The notes under the pieces are model-generated. The model was not told the origin of the DNA and ran no database searches. It saw only the letters and a program-made list of their open reading frames with translations. DNA of 58,207 bases, counting the filler, from Sphacelaria rigidula (lineage: Eukaryota), in assembly GCA_964200075.2 (NCBI GenBank). It is 10 parts of 10 records of this genome, joined end to end, with 100 filler letters (N's around TTAATTAATTAA, not from the genome) between each part and the next. Parts side by side here need not be neighbours in the genome. Positions count along the whole stretch, not along the records: positions 11,663 to 17,393 come from CAXNAA020024890.1; positions 17,494 to 23,224 come from CAXNAA020024891.1; positions 23,325 to 29,055 come from CAXNAA020024892.1; 7 more parts are not named here. One strand, written 5' to 3'. This document shows positions 11,730 to 23,374 of the stretch, piece after piece. A program made the translations under genes and the position numbers. Within the stretch, counting starts at the first letter, position 1; every line of letters begins with the position of its first letter.

Positions 11730-12290
11730 GGGGGGGGGGGGGGGGGGGGGGGGGGGAGGAGGAGTATTCATTGTTTTGCTTGCCTTAGTCGTTTGACCAT
11801 TGACCACGCCGACAGAGCACCGTTCCTACTCCTACAAGAGGCACCTCCAGCATTTGGGCGCCATCACGCTTGCTCCTTCCATGTGTTACACAAAAACCGT
11901 GTACATATCTCATCTCCTTCCTGTTTCACCGTCTGTGGCCACCATCTATCCCCTAGTATAGCGATCGCTTTCTCGCTACTGTCCTGCGAACCAAACAATT
12001 TCATGCCACCTTCGCTGACTTTCCGTTTTTCTCCCTCTAGCACGCCCCGTTCCTCCTTGCATAGCTCACATTCTCCCACATGAGTTCCACTCTCTACCGC
12101 TTTGCCGCAGGGGGAGTTCTGTGCAACTACTTCCTCCCCCACTCCGCTACTGTGCTCCGTCTCGAAAGGGATGCGTGGTCAATGGTCACACGACTAAGGC
12201 AAGCAACAAATGAGTACGCCCCCCCCCCCCCCCACTCCGCTACTGATACACCTCTTCCTTCTTTGGTGGCGTGGTCCAACTAGTACGACT
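11730..12290 (-). mobile_element. LINE 3' fragment: degenerate ORF2 C-terminus, 3' UTR and poly(C) tail
   Basis: Minus-strand translation ...PCGKAVESGTHVGECELCKEERGVLE...AILGDRWWPQ...FLCNTW is followed by GCGTGGTCAATGGTCAAACGACTAAGGCAAGC and a C-run. It is collinear with the copy at 34390-34886. Confidence 0.8.
12153..12228 (+). mobile_element. 76-nt 5'-truncated poly(C)-tailed retroposon insertion with a 17-bp TSD
   Basis: TGCTCCGTCTCGAAAGGGATGCGTGGTC...CAAATGAGTACG-Cn is flanked by direct repeats CCCCCACTCCGCTACTG at 12136-12152 and 12229-12245. Confidence 0.88.
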
Positions 12291-13242
12291 TGCAGCACAT
12301 GAAACCCGGAGGTTAAGGGTTGGAATATCGCACAGACGCGGCTCTCTTTGAGGGGAATCTGGATTCCGTCGATAGAAATGTCAAGGTGTAACTATTGTTG
12401 GGGAGAGAAACGTCGACGAGGGTCCACGCGATGCAGGAACGCCGATTCCATCTGCGGTACCGACATGACAGGCATGTATGGGGAGAGAGATTGGCTGATG
12501 ATCCCTCGAGACTCGCGTCTTGTTTCGAGCAAGTGAAGATGAAGCAAAAAAAAAGAAGTAAAGCAATAAAATAAAATAAAAATCGTCCGGAGGGAAAGCT
12601 GCTGAAGTACTCACTCTCAAGCAACTTGGAAAATATGGTCTCGTTTTGAGAAAGTGGAAGTAATAAGGCCGGATGTCATGGCAAACAGAGTTCTGGCCCC
12701 CGGATTGTTCACCTCTGGGACGTTTGATCTAGAGCCTGGTATAGATATACCCCTAGCCTATACATACCCCCCTATACTATATGATATTTCATATACCTTA
12801 GTCATGTTTTTTCGGAGGGTGTATGATGTAAAATGATATTTTTTATGACTTTATATCATATACCCTGTATGGAGCTTTTTCAGCAAAATGTGACTAGCAA
12901 GGCATATGACATGTGGTACAAGGTTTCCCTTCGGGAGGTTGGTACGGGCCTCCCGGGGGTGACGCAAGTCAAAAGTATAAAATATTCTTCGTATGCCTTC
13001 TCAGTGCGCTGCAAAAAAAAAGCGTGGGAAAAAATGTCTTGCTGGCAGAGTAAACTCGGCAAGAGTGGTGAAAAATGCGAAATGATACATGTACATAATA
13101 TACACGGGTTGAATAAAGAGAGAGCAAGCGCGCGAGTCATCGCTTTGTCCGCGACGATCGAGCAGGTATTTGTTACCCTCCGCGAAAAATAAAGAGACGT
13201 GGACAAACAAACACGACTGATGAGGGGGCCTTCAATTACACA

Positions 13243-13540
13243 GAACAATGTTTTCGTGAGATTGAGAGTAGAGGATACGATTGGGACTGAGAAGCGGTCA
13301 ATGAGTGAAGTAGTCGTTTCAGTTCCGAAATACCCCTCCGCGAGGCCCGATATGCTTTCTGTAGTAGCATGCCTCTGACGCCATTGATATCCCTGAGTAA
13401 GATATCGATGTGTAACTATAAGCACGTGCCAGTGATGGAGGCAAAGAAAAGCACGCACGGAATAAAAAACCGGGCAAGTTAAATCGAATAACCAAAGCCA
13501 CTCTCAATCAGCGCTCTACAATGCTCTCAATCTCACGTTG
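13243..13540. mobile_element. MITE, same family as 47762-48066 (opposite orientation)
   Basis: Ends AACAATGTTTTCGTGAGATTGAGAGTAG ... CTCTCAATCTCACG. The internal sequence is the reverse complement of the contig 9 copy. Confidence 0.7.
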
Positions 13541-13899
13541 TTACAGGTCACGTACGACTTCGAATGCACACCTTTGGCCACAATTGAATCATTCATCTAT
13601 CATATCATGAACCCACATTTTCTAATGTGATGATTGGTCCTCGATTTTACTTGATTTCAGACTGAAGAAAGGTCTGAGGAAATCCATGATTTGGGGCAAG
13701 TGAGCAGTGATGAGCACTAGACCCAGGTCGTCCAGAACATGTTCTGGTCCAAAATTGGCTCAAAGGCGTCGATTTGAGCTCTCGCAACGCACGCTTTACT
13801 CAGGGCCTTTATTATTTGTCATCCCTGTCACAAGGGCATCCCTGTGCCGGTACTTTACAGGTGCATCTTTTGAGGGAACCCTCTCTTGCGGGTTGCATG

Positions 13900-14430
13900 A
13901 TCACAGGGATTTCGTCACCCCCCTGCACTGATCCTCAACAGCTGACCAACAGTGAGGACGTTTGCCCACGTGTGTGCCTCGTTCAACTCGCCAACAGCTC
14001 ATTGCACGGTCTTGTATTTGCTGGTGACTAAGACGGATGCAATGTTCAATGGTTTCCAAGTGCTTTGCTCTCATGTTCTCGTGACACTCGCTGCATAAGC
14101 GCCGTCTTCGTGCTCCCGAATCAACGAGAACGCAAAGGAATACCCCGCCATGAACAGGCTTTTGTTGTTTTGGTTCCTGTTTGAAGTTTTCCATCATCTT
14201 GAAGAGGCTTTTGTGGTTCGGGATCGACACCCCGCGAAAAAGAGCCAGTGTGGGCGACTTTCGATGGCCGGAACACGCGCCACAGGTATCAGATGACACC
14301 CAAACCCAAAGGGTAATGTACCGCTGCGCCTTCTTGGTGCACATCAAAAGAAAGCGCGTGATAAGATGCTCTGCCGCCAGAGAAAACTCGGTAAAAGTGG
14401 TGAAAAATGAGAAATGATACGTGTACATAT
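13900..14430 (-). repeat. Dispersed repeat (unclassified transposon-like); inverted copy at ~16270-16870 and partial copy at ~12990-13100
   Basis: Both copies translate near-identically: QRYIT..VWVSSDTCGACSGHRKS...PNHKSLFK.MEN.KQE...LC..CHENMRAK.L.TIEHC. Confidence 0.75.
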
Positions 14431-14824
14431 ATATACCTGCGTCGGGTTACATACAGGCCAATATCAGGTGATATTGAACACTTTGTTGCCCTTACCAGGT
14501 GATCTACAGCGGAATATATGGCTATATTACGTGATGCATGTGAGATATCGGCTTATATCGGTGCAATGGGTAATTGAACAACTTAAAACTAAAAGCAAAT
14601 TAAATGATATATAAGAAGTAATAGATGGGTAATAACTATTAATGAATTACATACATATTAAGGTTGGGTTGGGGTGTGGATTGTTTTTTTAACAAGGAGA
14701 AGGCATAATCATAATCATAATAACAAAAATGATAACAACAATAATAATAAAGATATAATATATTATAATCATTGAATCAATGTTTGAGGATGGAATGGGA
14801 ATGTTTGTTGGGATTTGTTTTTAT

Positions 14825-15115
14825 CTCACACTTTGAACCCCTCCCCTTCCTCGGGATCAGTCCGTGGTCTCAAGGGATCAACCCATCTCTCCCCTGGTAC
14901 GTGCCTTTCATTTTTCATCTCGCGGATTGGATCAGCACTCCCGCACCGCGTCAACTCCCGTCACACAAACCCAGTCGACTACTTTGTTTACTGACGTTCT
15001 CACGCTTCCACGGTGGAAACCATACATTTCAAATAAAAACCCAATGCATCGGGAGTCGAACCCCCGTTCTCTCCACCCTAATGGCGACAGTCGGACCATT
15101 ACACCACTGGGGCGC
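14825..15115 (-). mobile_element. tRNA-derived SINE (family A)
   Basis: The minus-strand head has an A-box (TGGTGTAATGG) and a B-box (GGTTCGACTCC). The body is shared with 35074-35365 and 46648-46822. Confidence 0.75.
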
Positions 15116-16269
15116 GGCGGCTGGGAACTGAATTCTACTTTTTGGACAAGATGGAAACAATATGACATACAGTGCGCGGTATCGTTGACGCCTGCCTATT
15201 ACCTACACGAAGGGAACACGACGTCTGTCAGCGTTTCCTCATTGAGGTGAAGTTTTGTCTCAACCAATGGCAGGTACTGATGTGACACGGTGATAGGTAC
15301 ATAGAGGCGAGAGTATCACTGGAAAACGCGACATATCTTATACATGCGGGGATATATGACTAATACACACACAAAAAAATATATATCATATAATTGATTG
15401 ATCAATTAATGATTGTTTGGGGATAGTTGATAGATGGTTGGATGGTTGGTTAGATTGTATTTTTTGGACAAGGCAAATACAATAATGCAACACACCACAT
15501 GATTATGTTCCAAATAGATTAAATATCAGGTTATTTTATCATCATATAGATGCCAGGTGATGAACGTCACATAGGCCAGAAATCAGGTGATATCTAGTAC
15601 ATATAGTGTATATACCCCTATATATATCATATACCCCAAATATATCACATTCATATCGATATATGGAAAAACGTGGGGTATATGAACTTGACTACTGGAG
15701 GACTGTTACGATTATCAAGCAGCTCATAGACTATGATCTTGTTTTGAAAAAGTAGAGGTGAAGAAGACAAAAAACAAAAGTAACGCAATAAAAGGGGGGA
15801 AAGCCATTCAGAGGGAAAAACTGCGGGAGAATTGACCCTCAAGCAACTTCAACACTACAGAGTGAGGTAGTTTTACCGAGATCGTTGATTCACCAAGATC
15901 CAACGGGTCCGGGTGCATGCGGAGGAATCGTTCTGATTTTATCACGAGAACATATGATGGCGGATGACAATAATATGCAGCGGAAAGTTCATCTCTGGAT
16001 CTTGCAATATTGCATGCTAGCTTTTGTACACGATTTTATCGGCCCTTCAGTCATGGTTGAAAACATTCACCCGTGTTGTCTTTCCCGCCATACATATTGC
16101 GCGCCGGGAGACTTTTGCATGTCCCATGTTACTGCAGTACAGCAAGTCTTCGTGCAACCAGCACATGACATGGTACGAACACTACTGCGAGGAACGAAAC
16201 TGCCCAAGCGTCGATGCCCGCAACAAATGTTTGGGTCAGGAGAGCGCAGCAGCTACTCTAATATGCATA

Positions 16270-16870
16270 TGTATCATTTCACATTTTTCACAACTTTTGC
16301 AGAGTTTTCTCTGGCGGCAAGGCATTTTTTTCCCGCGCTTTCTTTTGCGGTGCACTGAGAAGGCTCAGCGGTACATTACCGTTCAGGTTTGGGTGTCATC
16401 TGATACATGTGGCGCGTGTTCTGGTCACCGAAAGTCGCTCAAACTGGCCCCGTTTCGCGGGGTGTCGATCCCGAACCACAAAAGCCTTTTCAAGATCATG
16501 GAAAACTTGAAACAGGAACCCGAACCACAAAACAAATCCTGTTGAAGATCATGGAAATCTTCAAACAGGATTACTTTTGGCGGGGTATGTTTTCCTCGTG
16601 TTTGTCTTTGTCGCGTTCTCGTTCATTTGGGAGTACGAACACACCGGTTATGCCGCCAATGTCACGAGAACATGAGAGCAAAGCAGTTGAAAACAATTGA
16701 ACATTGCCTTGGCCTTGGTCAGCAGCAAACACAAGGCTGTGCAATAGGCCGTTGGCAAGTTGAACAAGCAACAGCAGCACGCTTCACAGGATGTTTTTGC
16801 CGCAAAAAACAACCACCCTGTTTTAGAGAAAGACCCGGTGATGTGGAAGCCACAGTGATCTACAAAAGAC
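16270..16870 (+). repeat. Second copy of the 13900-14430 dispersed repeat
   Basis: Reverse-complement similarity to 13900-14430, with a short internal duplication (AAGATCATGGAAA twice). Confidence 0.72.
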
Positions 16871-17784
16871 ATGCCAAGAATGTTCGACGCATTCCTTTTT
16901 TCCGAAAATGCCTCCCGCTAGTATGTCTCTGTGGTACGAGAGCTAGGTCACACTCTGGCACCTCGGGTATGACACACATATCCTACGCCGGCGGTTCCGC
17001 CGTCGGCCTCCGTCTGAATTCCCATATTCCCGAACGACATCCGATAACGCGTGCGATGTTCTGTACAGCCACAACCACTGCTGTACATTTAGATATAACA
17101 GCAGCTTCTCTTTACAACATATCTTCGACTTGCGTCACCCCGGGAGGCCCGTACCAACCTTCCAAAGGCGAACCTTGCGTGTGTATATATATATGGAGAG
17201 GGCGATAGGGAAAGAGAGAACAAAAAAGGAGTCTACAGAGGTGATGAAAGCCACGAATACTCCACAGTGAAGCAAGTGCGAGAACACACCCAGGGAGCAC
17301 CACAAAACCACTGACCGGAGACAAAACTACAAGGGTCGGACAAATAATAATTCGTCTGAAAATTACTTTGTTTTGGTATAATGAGTCGACTCGNNNNNNN
17401 NNNNNNNNNNNNNNNNNNNNNNNNNNNNNNNNNNNNNTTAATTAATTAANNNNNNNNNNNNNNNNNNNNNNNNNNNNNNNNNNNNNNNNNNNNCAGAAGA
17501 GCTGGGGAGTCCCTCAACAGCATTTAGACGCTGCAGTACTAGCAGACCTGCTAGCAACACCCCCCCCACCAAAACCAGCTCAAAGTGTCACGAAAACAAT
17601 GGCCATACAACGCCTGATGTTCGGGTTCAGGTTGCATGAAGCGTCTCATATTGGCGACATTGGCCAGAACGAACCCAAGCGTGGGGATTCCCAGCTTCTC
17701 GTTGTGCTCGGCGTTTCCCATTACGATTTACGTGAAGAGTTTGCCTCCGAAAACCATGCACTTGTTGGGGGGTGGCTATCGTAG

Positions 17785-18388
17785 AAAGTGTCTGAGATCT
17801 CCACACCAAGGTATGTATACTGGTCTACGATCGGCAGTTTCTCTTCTCCCCACTTCCACTTGAACTCTGCCGGATTACTCTCATCTTTATTACAGACGAG
17901 TACCGCGCATTTGTTGACGTTCGCTGTCACTCTCCATTCCCTAGTGTATTCGAGCGCCTTACCTATCTCTGTCTGTAATGCTTCTGGTGTTTCTGAAACC
18001 CTCACAAAATCACCCGCGAACATCAATCCTGATACCATATCTTCACCGACCTTGACTCCTTGCTTTGCTGCTTCTATTGCTATTATCAAAGCATTGATAG
18101 ATACCTTGAACAAATTGGGTGATAACGTACATCCTTGTGCAGCTCCTTGTAAGATATCGAACATTTCGATATTTCCCCGTCTAGCACCATGGCACTTTTG
18201 GCACATTCCGTCATCTTCTCCACCATTCTCCACATCTTCCCTCTGATCCCAGCTTTCCACAACTGTTTCCACAACCCGTTTCTCCATACTGTGTCATAAG
18301 CCTTTTACACGTCCAGAAATAAACTGTACCTTATCCGCCCAGTGTCTTCCCTACCCTGAATAGTCTTACTTAGTGTGTACACATGGGC
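17785..18388 (-). mobile_element. LINE reverse transcriptase fragment (pseudogene)
   Basis: RT motifs FLDV*KAYDTVWRNGL, QGCTLSPNLF, LMFAGDFV (degenerate FADD), ANVNKCAVL and YTYLGVEI, with frameshifts and a stop. Confidence 0.9.
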
Positions 18389-18832
18389 TACGCAACTACG
18401 GTTTGGTCTAAATCCTGCTTGTGCCTCGCTGATTGTGTCTTCAAGATTGCAGGTCTGTTCAGAGTTGGTCGGGTTCGGATGTGAGCTTGTATATTGGTAA
18501 AAGATGGCGAGATAGATCGGCTAGGACCGATATAGCTCGCCCACCCTCCAGCACTATCAACTGCTCCTCTATTGCGCTCCAGCAAAAGAAGTCTAACTAT
18601 CGGTGAGACGCATTGGGTTGAATTGGACTGATTGCGTGGGTACTGGAGTTAGAACCAAGATAATCAAGAGAGAAGTGAAGAACCTATTCGCGTGAACCTC
18701 GTCTGATATTTGGATGCTGAGCAGGTCACACTATATCTACAAGTTGTAGCAGCCTGACGGTTGTACACTTGTCTGCCAAGCTTGTGCCTTGGGTTGCAAG
18801 CTGTGTCCTTGCATTATACTGCCGCTTGCTCT

Positions 18833-19924
18833 TCATTACAACATGGTCAACCTGATTCGAGATGCACCTTCGGTTAACTTCACGCCGTCACAGGTCAAGG
18901 CATATTTTGAGGGAGTAGGTCTGTGGCCTGTGGACATGCACCGGGCTCTGAACAGGCTACGCGGGCGTAGATTGCAACGATTAGGGCTGCAGGGTGCTCG
19001 GTCACCTTTGGCGGACGTGCCAGTCGCGATAAGCGAGTATGTGCTCGCTTCTGCACTTGGTGATCGTGGTGTGTGCAAGCTCCAAAGTCGAGGCCACATT
19101 ATTACTGGACTGCGGGTTAGTACGGTCATGTTTGGCGGGTACCTAAAACACTAGAAGCAAGGAGGCGTTCATCGATCTCCAGTCGCGCGAGTGGAATTGC
19201 CCGGGGAGGCCTCCTCACTTGTGACGAGGTCATGGCAAGATACGAGGAGGACGAGCGTCAAAGACGGGACGAAGAGCAAGCGAAGGCAGATCGTGGCACC
19301 GCACGGCTAGCCAAGAAGGCAGCACGGGAGACTGCCGCTGCCGCTGCAGGCCGTGGTAAAGGACGGAGCATGGGTCGTGGTGAAGCCCCGGTTACTGGCC
19401 TAGGAGGAGGCCGTGATGGGTATGCGGTGGGCAGGCGTGGAGTGCCTCCGAAAGCGGGTGGGCGTGAAGTACCTGCGAGAGGTGGGCGTGGGATGCCTAC
19501 GGCACAGGGTGTTCGTGGTGTGCCTGCAGGACAAGGTGGACATGGTGTGCGTGCGAGACGGGGGCGTGAGATCCCTGCGACAGGAGGTGGGCGTGGGATG
19601 TCTGCGAGAGGAGGTGAGCGTGGGGTGCCTGCTACAGAGGGTGAGCGTGTTGTGCCTGCAGGAGAAGGTGGGCGTAGGGTACCTGCAGGAGGTGGGCGTG
19701 GGGCGTCTGCGAGAGGACGTGGAAGCGATCTCTCGGGACGTGGAAGGCTTGCGCCGACTACACAAGTTAGCCGCGGTGCAGTTGCTACAGGAGGTGGACG
19801 TGGGCGCGGTACGTCCACGACAGTAGGTACCCCAGGTGGCCGGGCAAGTCCGCGCGTACGTGAGGGTGGCCCGCCCTCGCCACCTTCGAAACGCACCCGG
19901 GGAGCGACTGCTGCTGCTGCATAA
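18833..19924 (+). mobile_element. pogo/DDE_1-like transposase C-terminal remnant (frameshifted) with a Gly/Arg-rich minisatellite tail
   Basis: FTPSQVKAYFEGVGLWPVD resembles the end of DDE_1 domains. After a frameshift near 19150, GLLTCDEVMARYEEDERQRR... continues into about ten GGRGVPA-type units. Confidence 0.6.
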
Positions 19925-20039
19925 TCTACATGAGCTGTGCGGCAGCGTTAACAAGCTTTCGACTCTTACAACGCTGTCAGCGGTAGATTTGGTGAAGTTT
20001 CGCTGATGGGTTTGCTCAGTTTCGTGCTCGCTGCTCGAG

Positions 20040-21050
20040 CTTTGTCTGCCATTCTCGTAGTCATTGTCGATTTTGGTGAAACGTTTGTGTTGGGGAGGAG
20101 GGGGGTAGCAAATGTGCCTCGTTGTAAACTCACTCACATCCCTCGAACACCAACTTTGGTGAGAGTTTTGTCGAAAGTAATTCCAATTGGTTGGGTAGCT
20201 CTCAACAAACGGAAAATTTAGAGCTCTACGAACGTGTTCGTCGAGTTCGGCGTTGCCAAACACTGAGAAGAATGTCCAAATTTGTTCCGAAAATGCGGGG
20301 TTACGCCAATTTAATCCCCGAATTGCCTCTTTTCCCTCTTTGGTGCCGGAAAGTGATACACTGTGGTGCACTGTGATGCATAAAGGTTTGTGCCAAAGGA
20401 AAAGGTCTGAAACCTTATAGGTGTTCCATTACCGTAGTCATTGCCGATTTCTGGTGGAAAATGAGTGATTATGGGGCATCACTCAAGGTGCGTCATAGTA
20501 CCTGAATCGTAACACACATGGACATCAATTATTGGGAGATTACGGTCAAAACGTATTTCAATGGCTTAAAAAGGGGGGGAAAAAAGAGAAAATGTTTGCG
20601 TCGGGTACGGCGTTGTCAAACTCTGACTTGAAGGCCAGATTTGTTCCGAGAGCTAGGGGATAGGCTACTTTCATCTCCGTATCGCTTATTTAATATCTTT
20701 CTTCAGAACGGACAGCACCAACCACATGGAGGTTTGTATCAAAGGTGAAGGTCTGAAAGGTCCCGGGTCTTCCATGCTCGTAGTCATGAGCTCTACCGAT
20801 TTCTGGTAAAAAATGAGTGATATGGGGGCATCACTCAACGTACGTCATAAACTCCCTTCATCGTAACCGATGAAAACCAATTTTCGGGAGATTACTGTCA
20901 AAACGTATTCCAATGGATTGAAGGAGGAACAAAAAAAAAGGTTTTCGACGAGAACGGCGTGGCCGAACACCGACTTAATGGCGAAGTTTGTTCCGAAGAC
21001 CAAGGGATAGGCGATTTTCATCCCCGCACTGATTTTTGTTTCATTTGTTT
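20040..21050. repeat. Three diverged ~370-400-bp direct repeats, probably transposon subterminal repeats
   Basis: Recurring CGTAGTCATTG..GATT(T/TC)TGGT, GGCATCACTCAA, CGGCGTTG.CAAAC and TTTGTTCCGA blocks at ~20055, ~20432 and ~20779. Confidence 0.65.
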
Positions 21051-22733
21051 TTCAAAACGGACTGCATTAATGTCATGAACATTTTTACCAAGGGAGAATG
21101 TCGGAGACGTCTAAGGTGGCGAGAAATCAACTGCTGCGTAAAGCGTACCGTAATTGAAACAGAGGGTGTTTTGGTCGCATTTTCCCGTCAACAGAGCCAT
21201 ACTCCACATCAACTCCTGCAACTTGGTTTCATTATTTTTCAACTTTAAACAGCTTAGGTGAAAGAGGAATAAATTATCTCTCTCCGGATGCTCTAGTCAT
21301 TGTTCTACGTGTCGTGGTTTTCACGAATCAGAGTTTTCCCCGTCAGATCCCTTAAGCGTACCTCAATTGGTACATTACCTCTAGTAGTGGAGTAGGTTGT
21401 AAGAAGGAGTGCAATAAATTGAACAACAGAGAAACAATTCGCCCAACGACGGAAGAGTAGGAACACAGGGGCTCAGGTGATACTATATCACTACGACCTA
21501 GGCCGGCCAAGAGTTTATTTTGGCGCTTCAACAGTTTCACGCCGTTTAATTTTGGTAGTTGAAGCGCTTCTTGATACGACACCTGGAAACGACTTGCTCC
21601 ACTCCGTGGTTCCAGGACGCCTCTGCGACTTCCAGTGGCGGCAGTTTTTTTCTGCGAAAGTTGCATTTTGAAAACCAAACGATAAAGTTATCAATGATTG
21701 GCAGTTTGTTGCTGTTTGTTGACAACTTGACCGCTTCTCATTGGAGTTTCAAAAGTGGCCAAAAATACTGCGGCAAACGGAAACCCAAAGGTGTCCTAGG
21801 ATGGCTTCCACGAATATGGCCAGTCCAGTCATTCCGAGGTGTCAACATCCGCGTGGCCCTCTTTCACGGTGTCAACCGACGCGGAAGGATGAAAAATGTA
21901 GTTTTCACAATATACGCAGGTTTTTACATACAGGACGTGACCCTTTTGTAGTGCTACATAAAATTTCACAAAAAACAAGTGTTTTGACCCGACTAGATAT
22001 GAATCGACAAAGGGTTCCTTCTTGTGTACAAAGAACGTAAGGCGAACCGTTTACAATAATACGCTTTCCAGTTTTTTTATCGCCAAGCACCCATTCGCAT
22101 GTGATCCAGGTGTTGTCAAAATCGGAAAAGCAGTTTTCATCGCGTTCTACGAGGCGTGTGCGCATAAGCTTCGAATTCTGGGCCGCGCGAGAGAGATAGC
22201 CCTCTGCTGTTATATCGCGATGTACGATCCGTACTGTACTGTAACATTGACTGAGCAGTACTACTATGTAGGCTGCACGACGCGACACTAGTCACGAGCG
22301 CACCGCTTTCCCGTAAAAGCCAATCATTCATGTCGAGGATAGAGCTTTTCATTGAGGATGAAAACCCGGATGATTAAAATGTTCGCATCCACACCAACTT
22401 TTCGAGATATGGTTCCATTCCTTCATCTGCTGGTTGCTATTTACAACTGCTACACGCTCCACACATTTGAATTCCGGTTACCGAAATTTGGGGGTCCTAC
22501 GTGAAAAAGGAAATGTTGGTTGTATACATGATCCGGCCGAATCACCTAAATCTCCAACTCACGCGCATGTAATGTCATCGCTCTTCACTGAACACTCTCC
22601 TATTTTCCAAAACATCAACACAGTGTGAAGCTATGCTGTCAACACGAGAGGGGTCAGGCAGTAAGGACTACGAGCAGAGTGAAAAGCACGTTATCTGTGT
22701 CCATGTTATCTCTGGTTGCACACGCGACCATCA

Positions 22734-23049
22734 GGCTACCCCCAAACTTCCTCCAGGTCGGTCAACTTTTCGAGCCTCCAGAGGGATTCAACGCCTCCGA
22801 CGGGGTGCGCGGCCCTCCAGATAGGATTTTTTTGGTTTCCTCTACAGGGATTAAACGCCTCCGGAGGCTTGTTTTGCCTCTGAAGGGCCGCGCATCTGTC
22901 CGGCAGCATTTTGCTACCCCCAAATTCCTCCGGAGGGGTGCGCGGCCCTCAAGATCGGTAGTGTTTGGCTTCATCCGGAGGGACTGAAGGCCTCCGGAGG
23001 CTTGAATTGCCCCTGGAGGGCCGCTCCGGAGGCATTCTGGGGGGTAGCC
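22734..23049. mobile_element. MITE-like element with CCTCCGGAGG internal repeats
   Basis: Inverted termini GGCTACCCCC / GGGGGTAGCC, many CCTCCGGAGG palindromes and an internal direct duplication. Confidence 0.55.
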
Positions 23050-23374
23050 AAATGACCGCGTCTGTGAATGGTGATGGCAGACTTCATCTGTGAAATTTCA
23101 ACCTCTTCTTCAAGCTGAGGTCAGAACTCCTAAGTTGGGCAACGCATTCAACTGTTGTTTGTGACACCTCTGTGTTCATGTGAACAGGTACACTGGGTGA
23201 ACATGCACACGTACGGATATAATTNNNNNNNNNNNNNNNNNNNNNNNNNNNNNNNNNNNNNNNNNNNNTTAATTAATTAANNNNNNNNNNNNNNNNNNNN
23301 NNNNNNNNNNNNNNNNNNNNNNNNCACCTGTGGGGGGGGGGGGGGGCGTACTCAACAAATGAGTACGCCCCGCC

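Noticed and set aside
19258..20371. Pro-rich and Arg/Thr-rich minus-strand ORFs (212 and 323 aa)
   Set aside because: They are antisense shadows of a GC-rich minisatellite.
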